Origin: Ophelia neglecta | Taxonomy: Eukaryota | DNA length: 64,000 nt | Assembly: GCA_965285935.1 (NCBI GenBank) | Contig: OZ260665.1 | Location: forward strand, 41,602,001-41,666,000 | Direction of reading: 5' to 3' | In this document: piece after piece, positions 52,017 to 64,000 of the stretch | Layout: the number at the start of each line of letters is the position of its first letter | Numbering within the stretch: position 1 is the first letter of the stretch | Program-made: the position numbers and the translations under genes | The notes under the pieces: generated by a model | The model's database searches: none | What the model saw: the letters and a program-made list of their open reading frames with translations, nothing else | Told to the model about the DNA's origin: nothing

Positions 52017-52109
52017 CTTGCTTGGGTGCCTTGTTAACAGTCTTTTTTATAACATGCCACTGTTGGCCGTCCCATACCTCCTCCACTTCATACTCTGGTG
52101 ACTCCAGGA
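52017..52109 (-). CDS. ANK: Ankyrin tail cassette exon, single hairpin-like motif
   Basis: Pyrimidine-rich acceptor ...CTCTGCAG|, donor AAG|GTATAA; 93 bp, phase 1-1; VLESPEYEVEEVWDGQQWHVIKKTVNKAPKQ. Confidence 0.8.
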
Positions 52110-53089
52110 CTGCAGAGTGGCACAGGAGAGAAAGGAGATTGTTGAGAAAGATCAGAGAAGGGTACTGTGCTGACAAGCTGGACAGCACAGCCGTACATCA
52201 GAGCGCTGATGATTCAAGCAGAACGCAAAATGCATCAAACACGGTAAACTACTGTAACACTATAGCGAGTCATTCTTCTTCACCTCCATGCCGAAAATCT
52301 GATGGCTTTTCTTTAGGCAAAATTGATTATGTAGTTTAATAGTATTAATAAACGTGGAAGGTCATTCATATTTTATATTGACTTTATGACCACTAATCAA
52401 TAATATAAATTTGCAGATACAATGTATATATGTACATGTATCAAGTGTATCACACCACACTCATTTTACATGCAACTGAATTTCCCATGCAGCGTGCACG
52501 CACACCATAATCTACATTTAAACCATACTTGGCTTCTTTTCTAACACTTCTATTATCTTCTACAACTGATACTCATTTCCCTCATAGATTTGGAATGAAA
52601 TTGTTTCTAAGACCCTTGGTGAATTATATGTGGGTTTGCTCTTTATTCAAATTAAAAATGAAAAAGTTGAGCCTCAGAAACTATTAAGGCATTTTTTGAA
52701 AATTTAACAAATACACTTCTAGATCTTCAAGCAAGGGTTACTTGTGAATGAAAACTTTCCATTAAAGGCATATGCATTAAACTTTAACTTTGGTAAACTT
52801 TTCACTTTCAAAATTTTCTCAGAAGTAATCTTTTTATTTATATGATTAACTAGAGAGTTATAAATACTTGTCCATATTAGGTCATTTACCAGTGCTCAGA
52901 TTGGTCATTTTAACTGTAATCTTAAATAAATGTATGTCATTTACTATGATCTACTGCTGTAGAAAGTTCTAAATTTTGGTTTGTGCCTACTGTATACATA
53001 TTTAATCTGGTTATTTTGTGTCATTATCCCAAAGCAGCACAGTTCTCATTGGTCAACTTGGTTTTAATACTTCCAGCTAGAGGACTACA

Positions 53090-54090
53090 ATTATGTGTTT
53101 TTACCTGACCAAAGTCACAAGCTGTTTATTTGGCTGATTACCCCTAAAATTTGTTTACTGGGTGATTAGATTCACAAGATGTTTACTCAGCTGACTACAG
53201 TAACATGAGTTTACTCTACCTCACTGAATTCACAAGATGTTTACTCAGCTGACTACAGTTACAAGGAGATTACTCTACCTCACTGAATTCACAAGATGTT
53301 TACTCAGCTGACTACAGTTACAAGGAGATTACTCTACCTCACTGAATTCACAAGATGTTTACTCAGCTGACTACAGTTACAAGGAGTTTACTTGGTGGAC
53401 TACAGTCACAAGATGTTTACTCTACCTGACTACAGTCACAAGGAGTTTACTTTACCTGACTATAGTCACAAGGAGTTTACTCTACCTGACTATAATCCTA
53501 AGGTGTTTACTCTACCTGACTACAGTCACAAGGAGTTTACTCTACCTGACTATAGTCTTAAGGTGTTTACTCTACCTGACTACAGTCACAAGGAGTTTAC
53601 TCTACATGACTATAGTCTTAAGGTGTTTACTCTATCTGACTACAGTCACAAGGAGTTTACTCTACCTGACTATAGTCTTAAGGTGTTTACTCTACCTGAC
53701 TACAGTCACAAGGAGTTTACTCTACATGACTATAGTCTTAAGGTGTTTACTCTATCTGACTACAGTCACAAGGAGTTTACTCTACCTGACTATAGTCACA
53801 AGGAGTTTACTCTACCTGACTATAGTCTTAAGGTGTTTACTCTACCTGACTACAGTCACAAGGAGTTTACTCTACCTGACTATAGTCTTAAGGTGTTTAC
53901 TCTACCTGACTACAGTCACAAGAATTTTACTCTACCTGACTATAATCCTAAGGTGTTTACTCTATCTGACTACAGTCACAAGGAGTTTACTCTACCTGAC
54001 TATAGTCTTAAGGTCTTTACTCTATCTGACTACAGTCACAAGGAGTTTACTCTACCTGACTATAGTCTTAAGGTGTTTACTCAGATGACT
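53090..54090. repeat. Intronic minisatellite, 30-bp unit with 60-bp dimeric structure
   Basis: TCTACCTGACTACAGTCACAAGGAGTTTAC alternates with TCTACCTGACTATAGTCTTAAGGTGTTTAC (about 23 units, 53410-54085); diverged 59-bp dimers lie at 53160-53390. Confidence 0.95.
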
Positions 54091-54700
54091 ATGATTTAGT
54101 AGCTGATAACTTTTGAAGACAAAACCAGGCAGAACACAGTTAATTCAGAATAACTTGGTTAAAAGGGATTCACTTGGCATTCTTTCAAACTTTATAATGT
54201 TAAATAATGCGTTTATGAGTCAATCTTTAACAAAAACAACTGCTAGTGTTTATCAATAAACATTTAGTTAAATAGATAATATTAAACTGTTGTAGCATGT
54301 TAAATAACATGGAAAGTTACACATGACCATACATTTGTACAACAATGTGGACGAAAGGTAAATACTGGCAAATTTAATACACTAAAAGCTTGGTATTAAA
54401 TGCTTCCTCTTTACTAGCTTTCTAATCAAATAGTCTAGCAGTAAATGACTACTTTTACCGCAGCTACACTGGAGGAAGAACTTACAGATATATCTCATTC
54501 TAACATTGAGGGTAATGATTAAAACTGTTTAATGTATTTAATGAAGAACTTGTCAAGCAACCAGGGACAACATACTAAACAAGGCAATCATGTCCTCAAA
54601 AAACCATTAATTAGGCAGGAAGTATGCTTTTCCCAAATTCGACAGTTAGTAGACAAGGTGGGCGTACATTCTCATGCTTAAACAAAGAATCAACCACCAC

Positions 54701-54817
54701 CTCCGGGAGTGTAATCATCCTCAAACTCAGGGGGAGTCTGGGGGAACTCGGCTGGTGACTTTGAACCATCCATGTACTTAAATTTCTCTCCCACTTTTGC
54801 ATCAGCATATAGGTGTT
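54701..54817 (-). CDS. ANK: Ankyrin tail cassette exon (donor position uncertain)
   Basis: Acceptor TTTTACTTAAG|; 117 bp, phase 1-1; EHLYADAKVGEKFKYMDGSKSPAEFPQTPPEFEDDYTPG; weak tandem donors GAG|GTGGTGGTTGA. Confidence 0.68.
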
Positions 54818-55577
54818 CTTAAGTAAAAATACAGAGCATAGTTTGGTGAAATTTCCAAAAGCTATTACACAGTTATAGGTTTGTCAAAGCTTCATGTTGT
54901 ATGCCAGGTATCGAATAGGATAGTTTTTCTACTTCCTAACCTGAATACCTACCCCTTCAACAGTATTTTAGTGTGAGTGTGCCTAGCAAAGCCTTATGAT
55001 ATCCATGTACTCAATTCATAACCATTCATATCCATCATTCATACTCATACAACAGTGATCACCTACAGTAATCACAAAACATGTGAACACGTACAACACA
55101 CATGAAAAGAAAAAAAGGGAAGAAAGGGTGGGATATACAAGAAAATTTAACATCATTTCAAACAATACACGTCTGAAGTCCTGAAATATGTTAACCATAG
55201 TTACATACTGCTGAAAGCCAAAAGAAACTATGTATAAAAGCATTGCATTAATTCCTTGGTGGCAGGGTATATATTTTCAGCATGAGCACTATAACGGCCA
55301 TGACCAGTGATTTTTAGGACTGGTGTAGTTTGCCCAATTTGAGTAATAACTGATGAGTGATTTGGATACATCTACACCAAATGTATTGCAGAGACTTACA
55401 CTATCTAGGATGTATATATTTAGGCACTATGGTTAGGCAAGGTGACAAACAAGAAGTCCACTACTAGAATCTACAACATGAGCATTGGTACTTGTCACAA
55501 TATATACACATGTACAACGGAGAAGCAATACAGGAAGACAATACATCTATTTGGTGAACCACAGACTAAGGTTGTAC

Positions 55578-55685
55578 CTGTTTTAGTAGTAGTTTTGGTA
55601 GTAGTCACATTGATTGTCAGGTCGGCAGGCGATGGGGGTGGTGTTTTTGTCTTTTTTTTGAGTCGGTGCTTGTCATGAATACCAT
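55578..55685 (-). CDS. ANK: Ankyrin tail cassette exon (basic, Thr-rich)
   Basis: Acceptor TTCTAG|, donor CAG|GTACAA; 108 bp, phase 1-1; DGIHDKHRLKKKTKTPPPSPADLTINVTTTKTTTKT. Confidence 0.72.
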
Positions 55686-56794
55686 CTAGAATTCAACAAG
55701 CTAGTTTAGACCAGACACATGTGGAGAGTAGAAGACTGACTTTATTTAGAAGAGAACCATACAAAGTAGACAACCTGAGAGAAGCAGACAGGTTTATATG
55801 TTATTTGTTGGGTTTAAAGACCCATGAGTATAGTCTAGTCCAATGTACTGCGATCACTAGTACAGATTAGGGAACAACAATACACAGGACTATATATAAA
55901 TAACACATAAACAAATTGGGCAATGAACCTTACATTTACTACACATCTGAAAATATATAGCCTGTTAATTTTAGGCCAAAACAATATCTTCCAGCTACTA
56001 GGCATTGATGCAACTTCCAAAACTGTACATTAAAACATTGAGGCTACAAATGTTATGAAAACTTTTACATATGATAAAAAAGAACCAATACTAAATAAAA
56101 TATATTCTTACATGCACTAGTATAACATAAAAAGACTATAGTTAAATATACCATAAATAGTTTTAGGTGTGTTAATACCTAAAACTATGAGTTGTAAGCA
56201 AGGGAAGAGCCTTGACTAATATAACATACAGGTATAAAGCTTAACCAATACCTGTTTTTTAAACTGATTTTCCTAACTTAATAAGTCCATAAGAAGTTAA
56301 TAAAGAGGATATCAGGTTCTTTTCATGATAAGGGGCAGTTTTTTGTTAATTTTTAAATCTGTAAAATCTTTAAAAGTATAAGAGGCAATTTTTTCTTTCT
56401 CTTAAAATCTTTAAAATAAGTTTTCGGGTAGCTCTTCTTCCAAAATGGTGAGAGATGTTTAACAAATCTGTTCCCTCGTTATCAAATTGGGCAGTAGTAC
56501 AGTAGGTCCTTCTAATTTCTTGTACTAATAATATATTGTGGTTACAGATTTACATGAAATACAATACATGTAGTTGAATGTGATCAAAATTGTAAACAGG
56601 GAAGTAGCTAAGTTCTAACAAACTGGATAAAACTTACAGCAGACTACCATTAAATAATTATAAAAATGGCAGAAAATATGTACAAGTAAATATTGCTATG
56701 AAAAAACACAACATCTAAGAAGCATAAAATTACAAAGCCACAATTAAGTCAAGAGTTAGTCAAGGCACAACATCCAGGTTAACTAGCCAGGTAC

Positions 56795-56962
56795 CTTTAG
56801 GCTCCTCTTTAACAATCAATGAGTCTTCACTAGAGTCAGAGAGGCGGTCGTCCATCCCCGACACCTGAGAGGATTCCATGCGATCGATGAGGTCCTCAAT
56901 CGGAGTGCCTTCATGATCTTGCTTAGTTTCTGTTAGTATGTCCTCTCTTACAGTGACACCAC
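56795..56962 (-). CDS. ANK: Ankyrin tail cassette exon
   Basis: Acceptor GTTCACAG|, donor AAAG|GTACCT; 168 bp, phase 1-1; GGVTVREDILTETKQDHEGTPIEDLIDRMESS...KEEPK. Confidence 0.8.
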
Positions 56963-59852
56963 CTGTGAACGAGTTAGTAAACCAAACCTTCAACACTAAA
57001 ACCATATGGTAGCTGCAATAGCTCCAGTTGCATCTATAAGTTGATGTGCCCTGGTACATTATCAGGCCAAAATATAAACTTGACAATTATTTCACTCGGC
57101 ACATCAACATAAAGATCAAACTGTTATTTCATATCCATACCTTGGGTGATTCTTGTAAGCACATCAATTTACTCCTTAAAACCAGTCATTTCCCTTAAAT
57201 CTTCCCTTCTTTGGCAAAAACGTCACTTAAGTTTATGCATGGAGGATTTATTGGAAAAAAATGTTAAATTCACTATTATACAGCCTAAACAAGTCCTAAG
57301 CAATACCCATGTTTAATTCAGAACACAATAAAGATAGTTATTGACAGTGCTGACACCTGGCTTATATTAAAAATGGGTTTGCTTAAGCCATATATTTTAA
57401 AGCAAAATCACTACCAGTTAAACAGCATGCAAGACTTAATTAAAAAAAAATGTTAGTACACATGACAGTAAATCCAAAGTACACTTGTTTCAATTAATTA
57501 AAAAGCAATGTAAACTTGCAAGTTTTGCTTTTTTCTCTCTATAAACTTGCAATGGCGTTTGTTCATACAGGAGAATAATTAAAGGAATGTTGGTACAATC
57601 TGAGATTTTCCATTCTTTTGAATTAAGTGCACAAGACACACATAAAATGTATTAATGCAAAGCATATCATGGAAAATAAGCATTACTATATGATTTTATA
57701 CACTGAAGTTGAACATTCTGTTTTTCTGTAATATCACCCAGCACACTTCATAACTTAATCTGATACAAAATATGGATCAACTATAGAAGGTCAGGCACCC
57801 ATAAAATTTTAATTTAGGCACTTTAGAAAGCAAATGAGGTCCCAAAATGTTGTCAAGGTTGAAGAGAGATAATCTTTCTGTTGAAATGTTTTTAACCATA
57901 ACAAGCGTTAGGGTAGGGGTGTGTTTTTTTGGTCAGGACATGGTTTTCACGGCGCATCGCCGCCTATAGGGGCCACCCCCACTGTCCCTCTTCCCACACA
58001 TGCCAAACATCATCATCGTACTGATAGATATATGACAGCCGACACATGGATTATTGTACATTTGGGGCCACATTCAAAGACTTATTTGGGCATAACAAAC
58101 GGTTGTTTAGTGTTATTTATATACCAGAACACATAGATCAACTATTATTTTCAACCGCTTTCTCATTTTAGGGCCACAATTGCCTCTTGTAATGCAGATT
58201 TCTGGTGAAAGCAATCTTAATACCACCCTATCCCGAACGAGTGAATTGCTTACCAAGGGCAGACTTCACACAGATTTTTCTAAAACAGGGCCACCTTCCA
58301 GGCCCTGCGGGAGGCCTAATAAAGGTTCCCTGAGCATTTTTTCATCTTTATACTAAAGGCAAATTAATTTTATTCTACCAGGGCCACATTTTGGGAACAC
58401 ATTTGCCCTCTAAGGCCCCTGCTGGAGCATTTCCTTGTTGCCTGCCCTGTTAGACTTATTCCCAATGATCTTTTTCATCAGTGGCCACATCCATTCTGGT
58501 GCAGGAAACTACTGTGAAGGCAGGTGTTTTTCAATAAGAAATTTGACAGAAATACCCATATTTGGACAGACAAACAGGAGGTGGGTCTGTATGACTATAT
58601 TGGTGCTTATTACAGCGAAAATAATAGTATCTAATTTATTTATTTAACAAAATTAAGAGATTTTAGTATTTGTGATGACTAAAAAAGTAACCTGTTACAC
58701 ATATCTAGTAGCATTACAAATATATAGCAACAAGTTTAGTGGTCAGCTTTTGAAAATATTGATTGGTTTGCTGTTGTGACAGTCACTTAACAAATTTCAA
58801 TGTAATTCCTTACAGTGTATATCAGGTCAACTGTTTTAGATACATAGATCTAATAGAGAAAACGAAGAATGCTCAACTGGTGACCCACTCTGTTAAAAAA
58901 TGACAAATTTCAGTAACAATATATAAAATCTGCCAAAAATCAAGTATTAGGGATGCTGTTGACCCTCATTGGGGGTCTACACATCTATAGGACTGTTAAC
59001 AGGGTGGACACAGACCTAGTAAAGTAGAGTTTGGAATAATGGGACATATTTTATCTTGATACCCTGTGCTGGTGAGAAAAGTTCACAGTCATATATTCCA
59101 AGCATGTCAGTCTACTGGTGGTCAAAGTTTAAACAGGCAGGCCTTGAATTTTTTATTGCCATGCCACGACAACACAACGAAAATACAATTCAAAAACAAG
59201 TTTAAGACCACCCAATTTTGTCAATCTAAGAATTTAAACTAAGTAGAATTTAGATAGGCCACAGTGACCTGATGTGTGTAAACCCCAGTGACCTTTAACC
59301 TGGTAAATCAATCAGACTATATATCTAAGGGTGAACATTTATGTTCAAGAAAACTGCAAAATGGATGGACCATTGATGGACACGCAAAAACCCTAATAAG
59401 GTCATCACACAAGAGTGAACTCATCCTTCTATACAATAGGTGTGTCTGGGAAAGGTGCTCCTTGCCAATTTAAACTATTTGCAATCTTAACAATATAATT
59501 GTTTTGGTGCATAAGGAATAAGAGGTGAATATACCTTACATCAAACACCCAAAACAAAATCATATCTGAGAACACAATATCTAGAGATGAAAGGTGCATC
59601 AATAAAAACAACAAAAATTTGATTTGGAATTTCAGTTTATAAAAGAAGAGATAAAACCAAACACAATAATCTGCCTGCTGTGCTGGAGAGACTCATCTGA
59701 GTATTTTGTAAGTTTTTATATGTAGATATTGTGATATGATTAAGCAACCATGCATACACTAATTATTTATCAAGCAGAGACCTTATCAACATGTGTGTAT
59801 TTAAAAGATAGCCATAAAGTAATCCATACAAGTTTGACACTAGCCAAAATAC

Positions 59853-60068
59853 CTTCAAAATCATCAGTGGGTGTTTTTAACACCACGTCATCCATGCCTA
59901 TCTGCTCAGCAAAAACCGCAAGCGCCTCAGTTTTCTCTTTCGAAAGGTCCCTCTCTTCGTCACTTGTGGGTGACATGACCACCCCATGTCGTGGGTCGAC
60001 TTGGGGGGTGATCACATCAGAGTCATCAGAGAGGGCAAAGGGGCGTTGGGGCTGGGTCGGCGTCAGGT
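59853..60068 (-). CDS. ANK: Ankyrin tail cassette exon
   Basis: Acceptor CTCTGCTAG|, donor GAAG|GTATTT; 216 bp, phase 1-1; DLTPTQPQRPFALSDDSD...KTPTDDFE. Confidence 0.8.
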
Positions 60069-60613
60069 CTAGCAGAGCAAGCATGAGTGGAATAGGCGAA
60101 ACCATGGAATATGCATGACAAAGTCTGATTCAGAAGGACACAAATTGAGGGGGGGAGGGGTAAAAAAAGGGCTGGCACTGTTACAGAGAGGACTGGAGGG
60201 GTGGGGCTAGGTGGAAAGAGACTACATTAAAAAGTACACTCACAAACCTTCACTCAAGCTCAACATCCACGCCAACACTCTACTCATACATATCATTTAG
60301 ATAAACATTTGACTTCTATCACAAGTACTGCTGACCAAATTAGTTAAGGCACACCACACTTTGTTGCACTTCTCTCATTTAGTTATAGCAAGATTATTCC
60401 TATCACTGTAATAGTTTACAACATCCTGTCACATTTTAACAATACAAAGAAAATTACTCTGTTCAAAACTTTCATGACTTCATAAACCTTACTGTCATAA
60501 TCTAATGAATTAGCCTTCACTAGGAGTTATTTCTAGGTCCACATTATTCAACAAATTTAAATCACAGTTAACAAAATTGATTCTTTTTCTGATATATATA
60601 TTTCACTACTCAC

Positions 60614-60686
60614 CAACTCTAGCAGGTTCCATCTCAACAACGGAGCCAGTCTCACTTCCGGAATCCTCATTGATTGATTCAGAGTC
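60614..60686 (-). CDS. ANK: Ankyrin exon, acidic linker
   Basis: Acceptor TTTGTATACAG|, donor G|GTGAGT; 73 bp, phase 0 to 1; DSESINEDSGSETGSVVEMEPARV. Confidence 0.87.
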
Positions 60687-60893
60687 CTGTATACAAACAA
60701 GCATAAGACTTTATTGTCAATTATTTATTTACCATGAAACACTATCTTGCTGTCATTATCCAAGTAAAGATGGCCGAGGAACAGGAGTAATATGTATATT
60801 TGAGTATTAGCTCCAGTAAAATGTCATTTCAAGCTATGAACAATACAGTAAAGTGCAAGGAATACAGGACGCATTCTTGGTCTGGTGATTTAC

Positions 60894-61030
60894 CTTAATG
60901 AGGTCTTGTTCATCGTAAGAAACATCTAGCGAGAGACCGCGCTGCATGGAAGAGTCACGCGACGCATCACGGGAGTGTTCCCGTGAAGGGTCAGCTGAGG
61001 GGCCCAACTCGTCCTTCAGCTCGTCAAAAC
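60894..61030 (-). CDS. ANK: Ankyrin exon after the death domain
   Basis: Acceptor TGTGTAG|, donor AAG|GTAAAT; 137 bp, phase 1 to 0; GFDELKDELGPSADPSREHSRDASRDSSMQRGLSLDVSYDEQDLIK; not in the ORF track. Confidence 0.88.
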
Positions 61031-61324
61031 CTACACATTCACATTGTATCTTTAATAATAGTCTAATATTCAGGAAACTGTATGAAATATCTGATTTCCT
61101 TGGTACTTAATAGCAAGGAGGGATGGAGTGTGGCTTATTTACATAACAATACTCTTCCACTTTAAGGCCTTAAAATACACCACCTATGCCAGAGTCAACC
61201 ATTTAAATACTCTGAAACTATAAAAAATGGTTCAATAAACCAGTATTCAATAAACCAGAATGACTAAACAGTACATATCAAACTTGACATGTGTTAGACT
61301 GATGTATAGTGACAAGACACTGAC

Positions 61325-61453
61325 CAGCTTGGTCAAGATGGACCTTGGCTACTGCTCTTTCCACGGCGTCAGTCACTTCCTCTATGTTGTACATACATTT
61401 TCTGATGACATCCTCACGTCCTATTTTTTGAAGGGCACGTTCCAGTTCATTGC
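61325..61453 (-). CDS. ANK: Ankyrin exon: death domain, C-terminal part
   Basis: Acceptor TTTTAAAG|, donor G|GTCAGT; 129 bp; GNELERALQKIGREDVIRKCMYN (the L.KIGR.D(I/V) motif). Confidence 0.92.
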
Positions 61454-61888
61454 CTTTAAAAAATATTAAATACAAATCACCTAATGAGTACATGTGTTTT
61501 ATCAAGGACTTATCTGCTACCAATTTCAATGCATGTTTATTCATATACTATCATTTAAACATCACATAAATTAATGTATATTCAGCAATGTACCATATTC
61601 TCTGAAATAAGCGTCTAGGTCACTTATTCAACCCAAGTAGAAATAAAACAAATCCCCCTGTCTACTTTTATGCATGACACCCCAAAAACCTTGTGAAAAT
61701 TGTCAAAATGGATAGATTTTGACAAAAAAGAAGGGTGGGCACTTATTAGGGCATGGTGGCTTATTACAAAAAATACTGTAAGAATTGTGTCAATTGTGCT
61801 CTGCATGATGGAAATTCTGATGCAGTGTTTGATTAAATTAATTTGAATTATTAGGGACTTTTCATTGTTAGATACTATGGGTGCTTAC

Positions 61889-62095
61889 CTGTGGCATTTT
61901 CTCCATTCTTCTGTACCCATAGATGGAGCATGACAAGTGCTTGCTCACTGACATATGTGTATTCATTTTGTATTTTTAGAATTTCATCTTCGGTGATGTT
62001 GAGCTGGCGTGCTAACACCACCCAGTCTCCTTGTAATGTGTCGGCAATGTCGGTTAAACGTAACTCGGCCTTGGATATGTTATCATCAACAGGTG
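61889..62095 (-). CDS. ANK: Ankyrin exon: death domain, N-terminal part
   Basis: Acceptor TTTCTTGTAG|, donor G|GTAAGC; 207 bp, phase 1-1; LRLTDIADTLQGDWVVLARQL...EQALVMLHLWVQKNGENAT, a typical ankyrin death-domain pattern. Confidence 0.93.
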
Positions 62096-62300
62096 CTACA
62101 AGAAAAGGAAAAAAGAAAGTGGTCACTATGAAACATTTTCCTGCAGGATTGCATTACATAATAGACATATTAGAATAAAATAATACCTTTTGCTATAAAG
62201 CCTTCAGAAAATAAATAGTTTTCAACCTATTATAGTTAGAAGTTCACTAGAAAGAATAAATATTAAATAATGTTGCCATGAGTATTTGCTGTCTGCTTAC

Positions 62301-62625
62301 CTACTCCACCTGTTTGCATGATATCATAGTGGTGTTTCAACTCTTCAGCGTCTAAGCCTAGATGATGTTCACCTTGGATGGTAGCAGGTAGGTTAATATT
62401 GAGGTTACATATTGGTTGTTGAGGTGCTTCACCTCGGGCAACCTTTGGTTCTCTCATAAACGCTAAACGGCCCACACCATCCTGGTTTGAATCACGTATT
62501 CGGACGAGCATGGGCAGTCTATTTTCCCGGAAGGCGTGGAAGTTGACATAAAGTTGTTCTCCGGACTTGGTCACAGGTACAAGGTTACCTCCCATTTCTA
62601 CATAGTGGGGTTTACCTTCAAGTAC
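62301..62625 (-). CDS. ANK: Ankyrin exon: UPA domain and linker
   Basis: Acceptor TTTCAG|GTA, donor G|GTAAGC; 325 bp, phase 0 to 1; [24 protein letters not shown]...ENRLP...CNLNINLP. Confidence 0.95.
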
Positions 62626-62899
62626 CTGAAAGAGTACATAACCATTGGATCAATACACTGATTGGTTTCAGGTGCAATTACTTGTGCATATTGTAAGATC
62701 CTACGATCAATAAATATCAACCTAAACTAACATAAAACACATTTATTTCCCATCATTTATCCAAACACTGTATGTGGACTAGTTGTAGGATTATTTTTAA
62801 GATTCAAAGTACACTGATCGAGCTTTTTTTTTTCGTTTCCTAGAAAGAATTCCATTTAAAAAGTATAATACTACTTATGCAACAAGGAGAGCCACCTAC

Positions 62900-63128
62900 C
62901 TCGACGTCTCTGCTTCTGGCCACTTCTGAGAAGTGTTCTTGGTTCTCCAGTGTCTTGTCCATTTTGTCATCTGTCATACAGAATACTCTCAACCTGGCTT
63001 CTTCAACTGCATGGCGTTTGGCAAACACCACAAATTTGGACATGAACGGAACAGCGATAGCCTCACGGTAAAGTTCAGTGGCCATTTTTGCTGCTTCATT
63101 AACATTTTGACAATCCATTAGCCAAAAC
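62900..63128 (-). CDS. ANK: Ankyrin exon: end of ZU5-B and start of UPA domain
   Basis: Acceptor TTGCAG|G, donor GAG|GTAGGT; 229 bp, phase 2 to 0; [39 protein letters not shown]...EVARSRDVE. Confidence 0.95.
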
Positions 63129-63289
63129 CTGCAATGTACAATAACACCATTGCAATTTTGAACAAGGCGATTTGAATTGCATGTACCCTGAGGGAGAAAC
63201 AAGTATGGCTGTCTGCCTGTTGAAGGGAAAGCACTACATAATGTAAACACAAGGGAAACGGTTAAAAGAGGACTTTCATGGCAACATGT

Positions 63290-63960
63290 GAGGAGCATCT
63301 ACACAACTTTGGCCAAAATTTGCACTCACAAGGGAGCATCTTCAAAGATTAGCAAACTGAAGTAGTATACGATAGGGTCTTCACTGTTGTGTTGAAATTC
63401 CCCAGACTGAATATGCAGTTCTTTTGAAAATGGTTTAAGTACACACCACTGACCCAAAATCATCCCCAAATAAATTGAATATTAATAATATTTTTGATTT
63501 AACCTTGAGAAAAGGTCAATGCCAAATCTGATTTGGAAGCACAGGGTACATGGTGTATTGAGTCATTAATGTTGGCCATACATTTTGAAAGCCTACCTTT
63601 TAAAACAAAGAAATTACAGGTTGTTAACAATAACAACGGTGCAACTTTTCAACAGAAAGCCATGTAAACAAATACTTTTTTTCTGAAAAACACTGAACAT
63701 CATTTAAAATTCTGAGAAAATAAAATTCTGTTTTCTTTTGGTGATAATTTGTCAAGTTTGACCTTTGACAAAATGTTGAAAACACATTTGGAACTACACT
63801 GTATGGCAATATACTATATTTTGAGACCCTAGCTGTTAAAAGGATAAGGTCACATAATTTTCTTTTGCACTGTTATGGTAAATAAATATGGTCTGATATC
63901 CACCAAAAAAAAAATCACCAACCTTTGCTATACTACTTTAGACACAACCCCTGTAGGCCT
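63290..63960. mobile_element. Possible degenerate interspersed-repeat fragment (TGACC/AAGGTCA-rich)
   Basis: Clustered AAGGTCA/TGACCT motifs, with similar clusters at about 50340-50670 and 59250-59420; resembles non-autonomous repeats common in mollusc genomes, but no termini or target-site duplication were identified. Confidence 0.25.
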
Positions 63961-64000
63961 TGCAGTTGCCAAATTACAGCTATTTCAAATGACAGAAGCA

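Larger units (their letters stand above)
1..63128 (-). other. ANK: Giant ankyrin gene, 3' portion (ZU5-B end, UPA, death domain, giant-exon tail); incomplete at both window edges
   Basis: Exons at 61.3-63.1 kb translate to sequence closely matching vertebrate ankyrin-B as I recall it (RFWLxDC...KFVVFAK...EARLRxFCMTDDKxDKTLE.[18 protein letters not shown]...GNLVPxTKSG...ENRLP...CNLNIxLP), followed by a death domain. 19 exons join in a single frame through GT-AG introns. Confidence 0.95.

Noticed and set aside
53410-54085. CRISPR-like appearance of the 30-bp repeat
   Set aside because: There are no unique spacers, the context is a eukaryotic intron and no cas genes are present
53392-54099. 235-aa and 160-aa ORFs (FTLPDYSHKE repeats)
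   Set aside because: By-product of a 30-bp minisatellite that lacks stops in some frames; antisense within an intron, with no splice or start context

Overview
Eukaryotic, AT-rich animal DNA (probably lophotrochozoan or mollusc, by inference only). The whole window is the 3' part of one minus-strand canonical ankyrin gene (ANK2/Drosophila Ank2/unc-44 type). From the right end it encodes the end of ZU5-B, the UPA domain and the death domain. These are followed by 12 consecutive frame-symmetric (phase 1-1) cassette exons. Three of them are giant: 6,627 bp, 14,997 bp and 18,816 bp. A further large exon runs off the left edge. The giant exons are tandem coding arrays: 12 x 477 bp, 11 x 1,182 bp (near-identical) and about 24 x 549 bp. 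The first two arrays are built from an 'EE.L.DGT.V.(K/T)K.TT ... LPDGTW.KK' module that resembles the obscurin-binding motif of vertebrate ankyrin C-termini. Splicing all 19 exons gives about 43.7 kb of CDS (about 14,550 aa) inside the window alone, i.e. a titin-scale giant ankyrin. Also present are a candidate alternative terminal exon that would give a short ankyrin, a candidate hydrophobic in-frame extension of the largest exon, and an intronic 30/60-bp minisatellite. All exon boundaries were read by hand from GT-AG sites and reading phase, with no transcript evidence.
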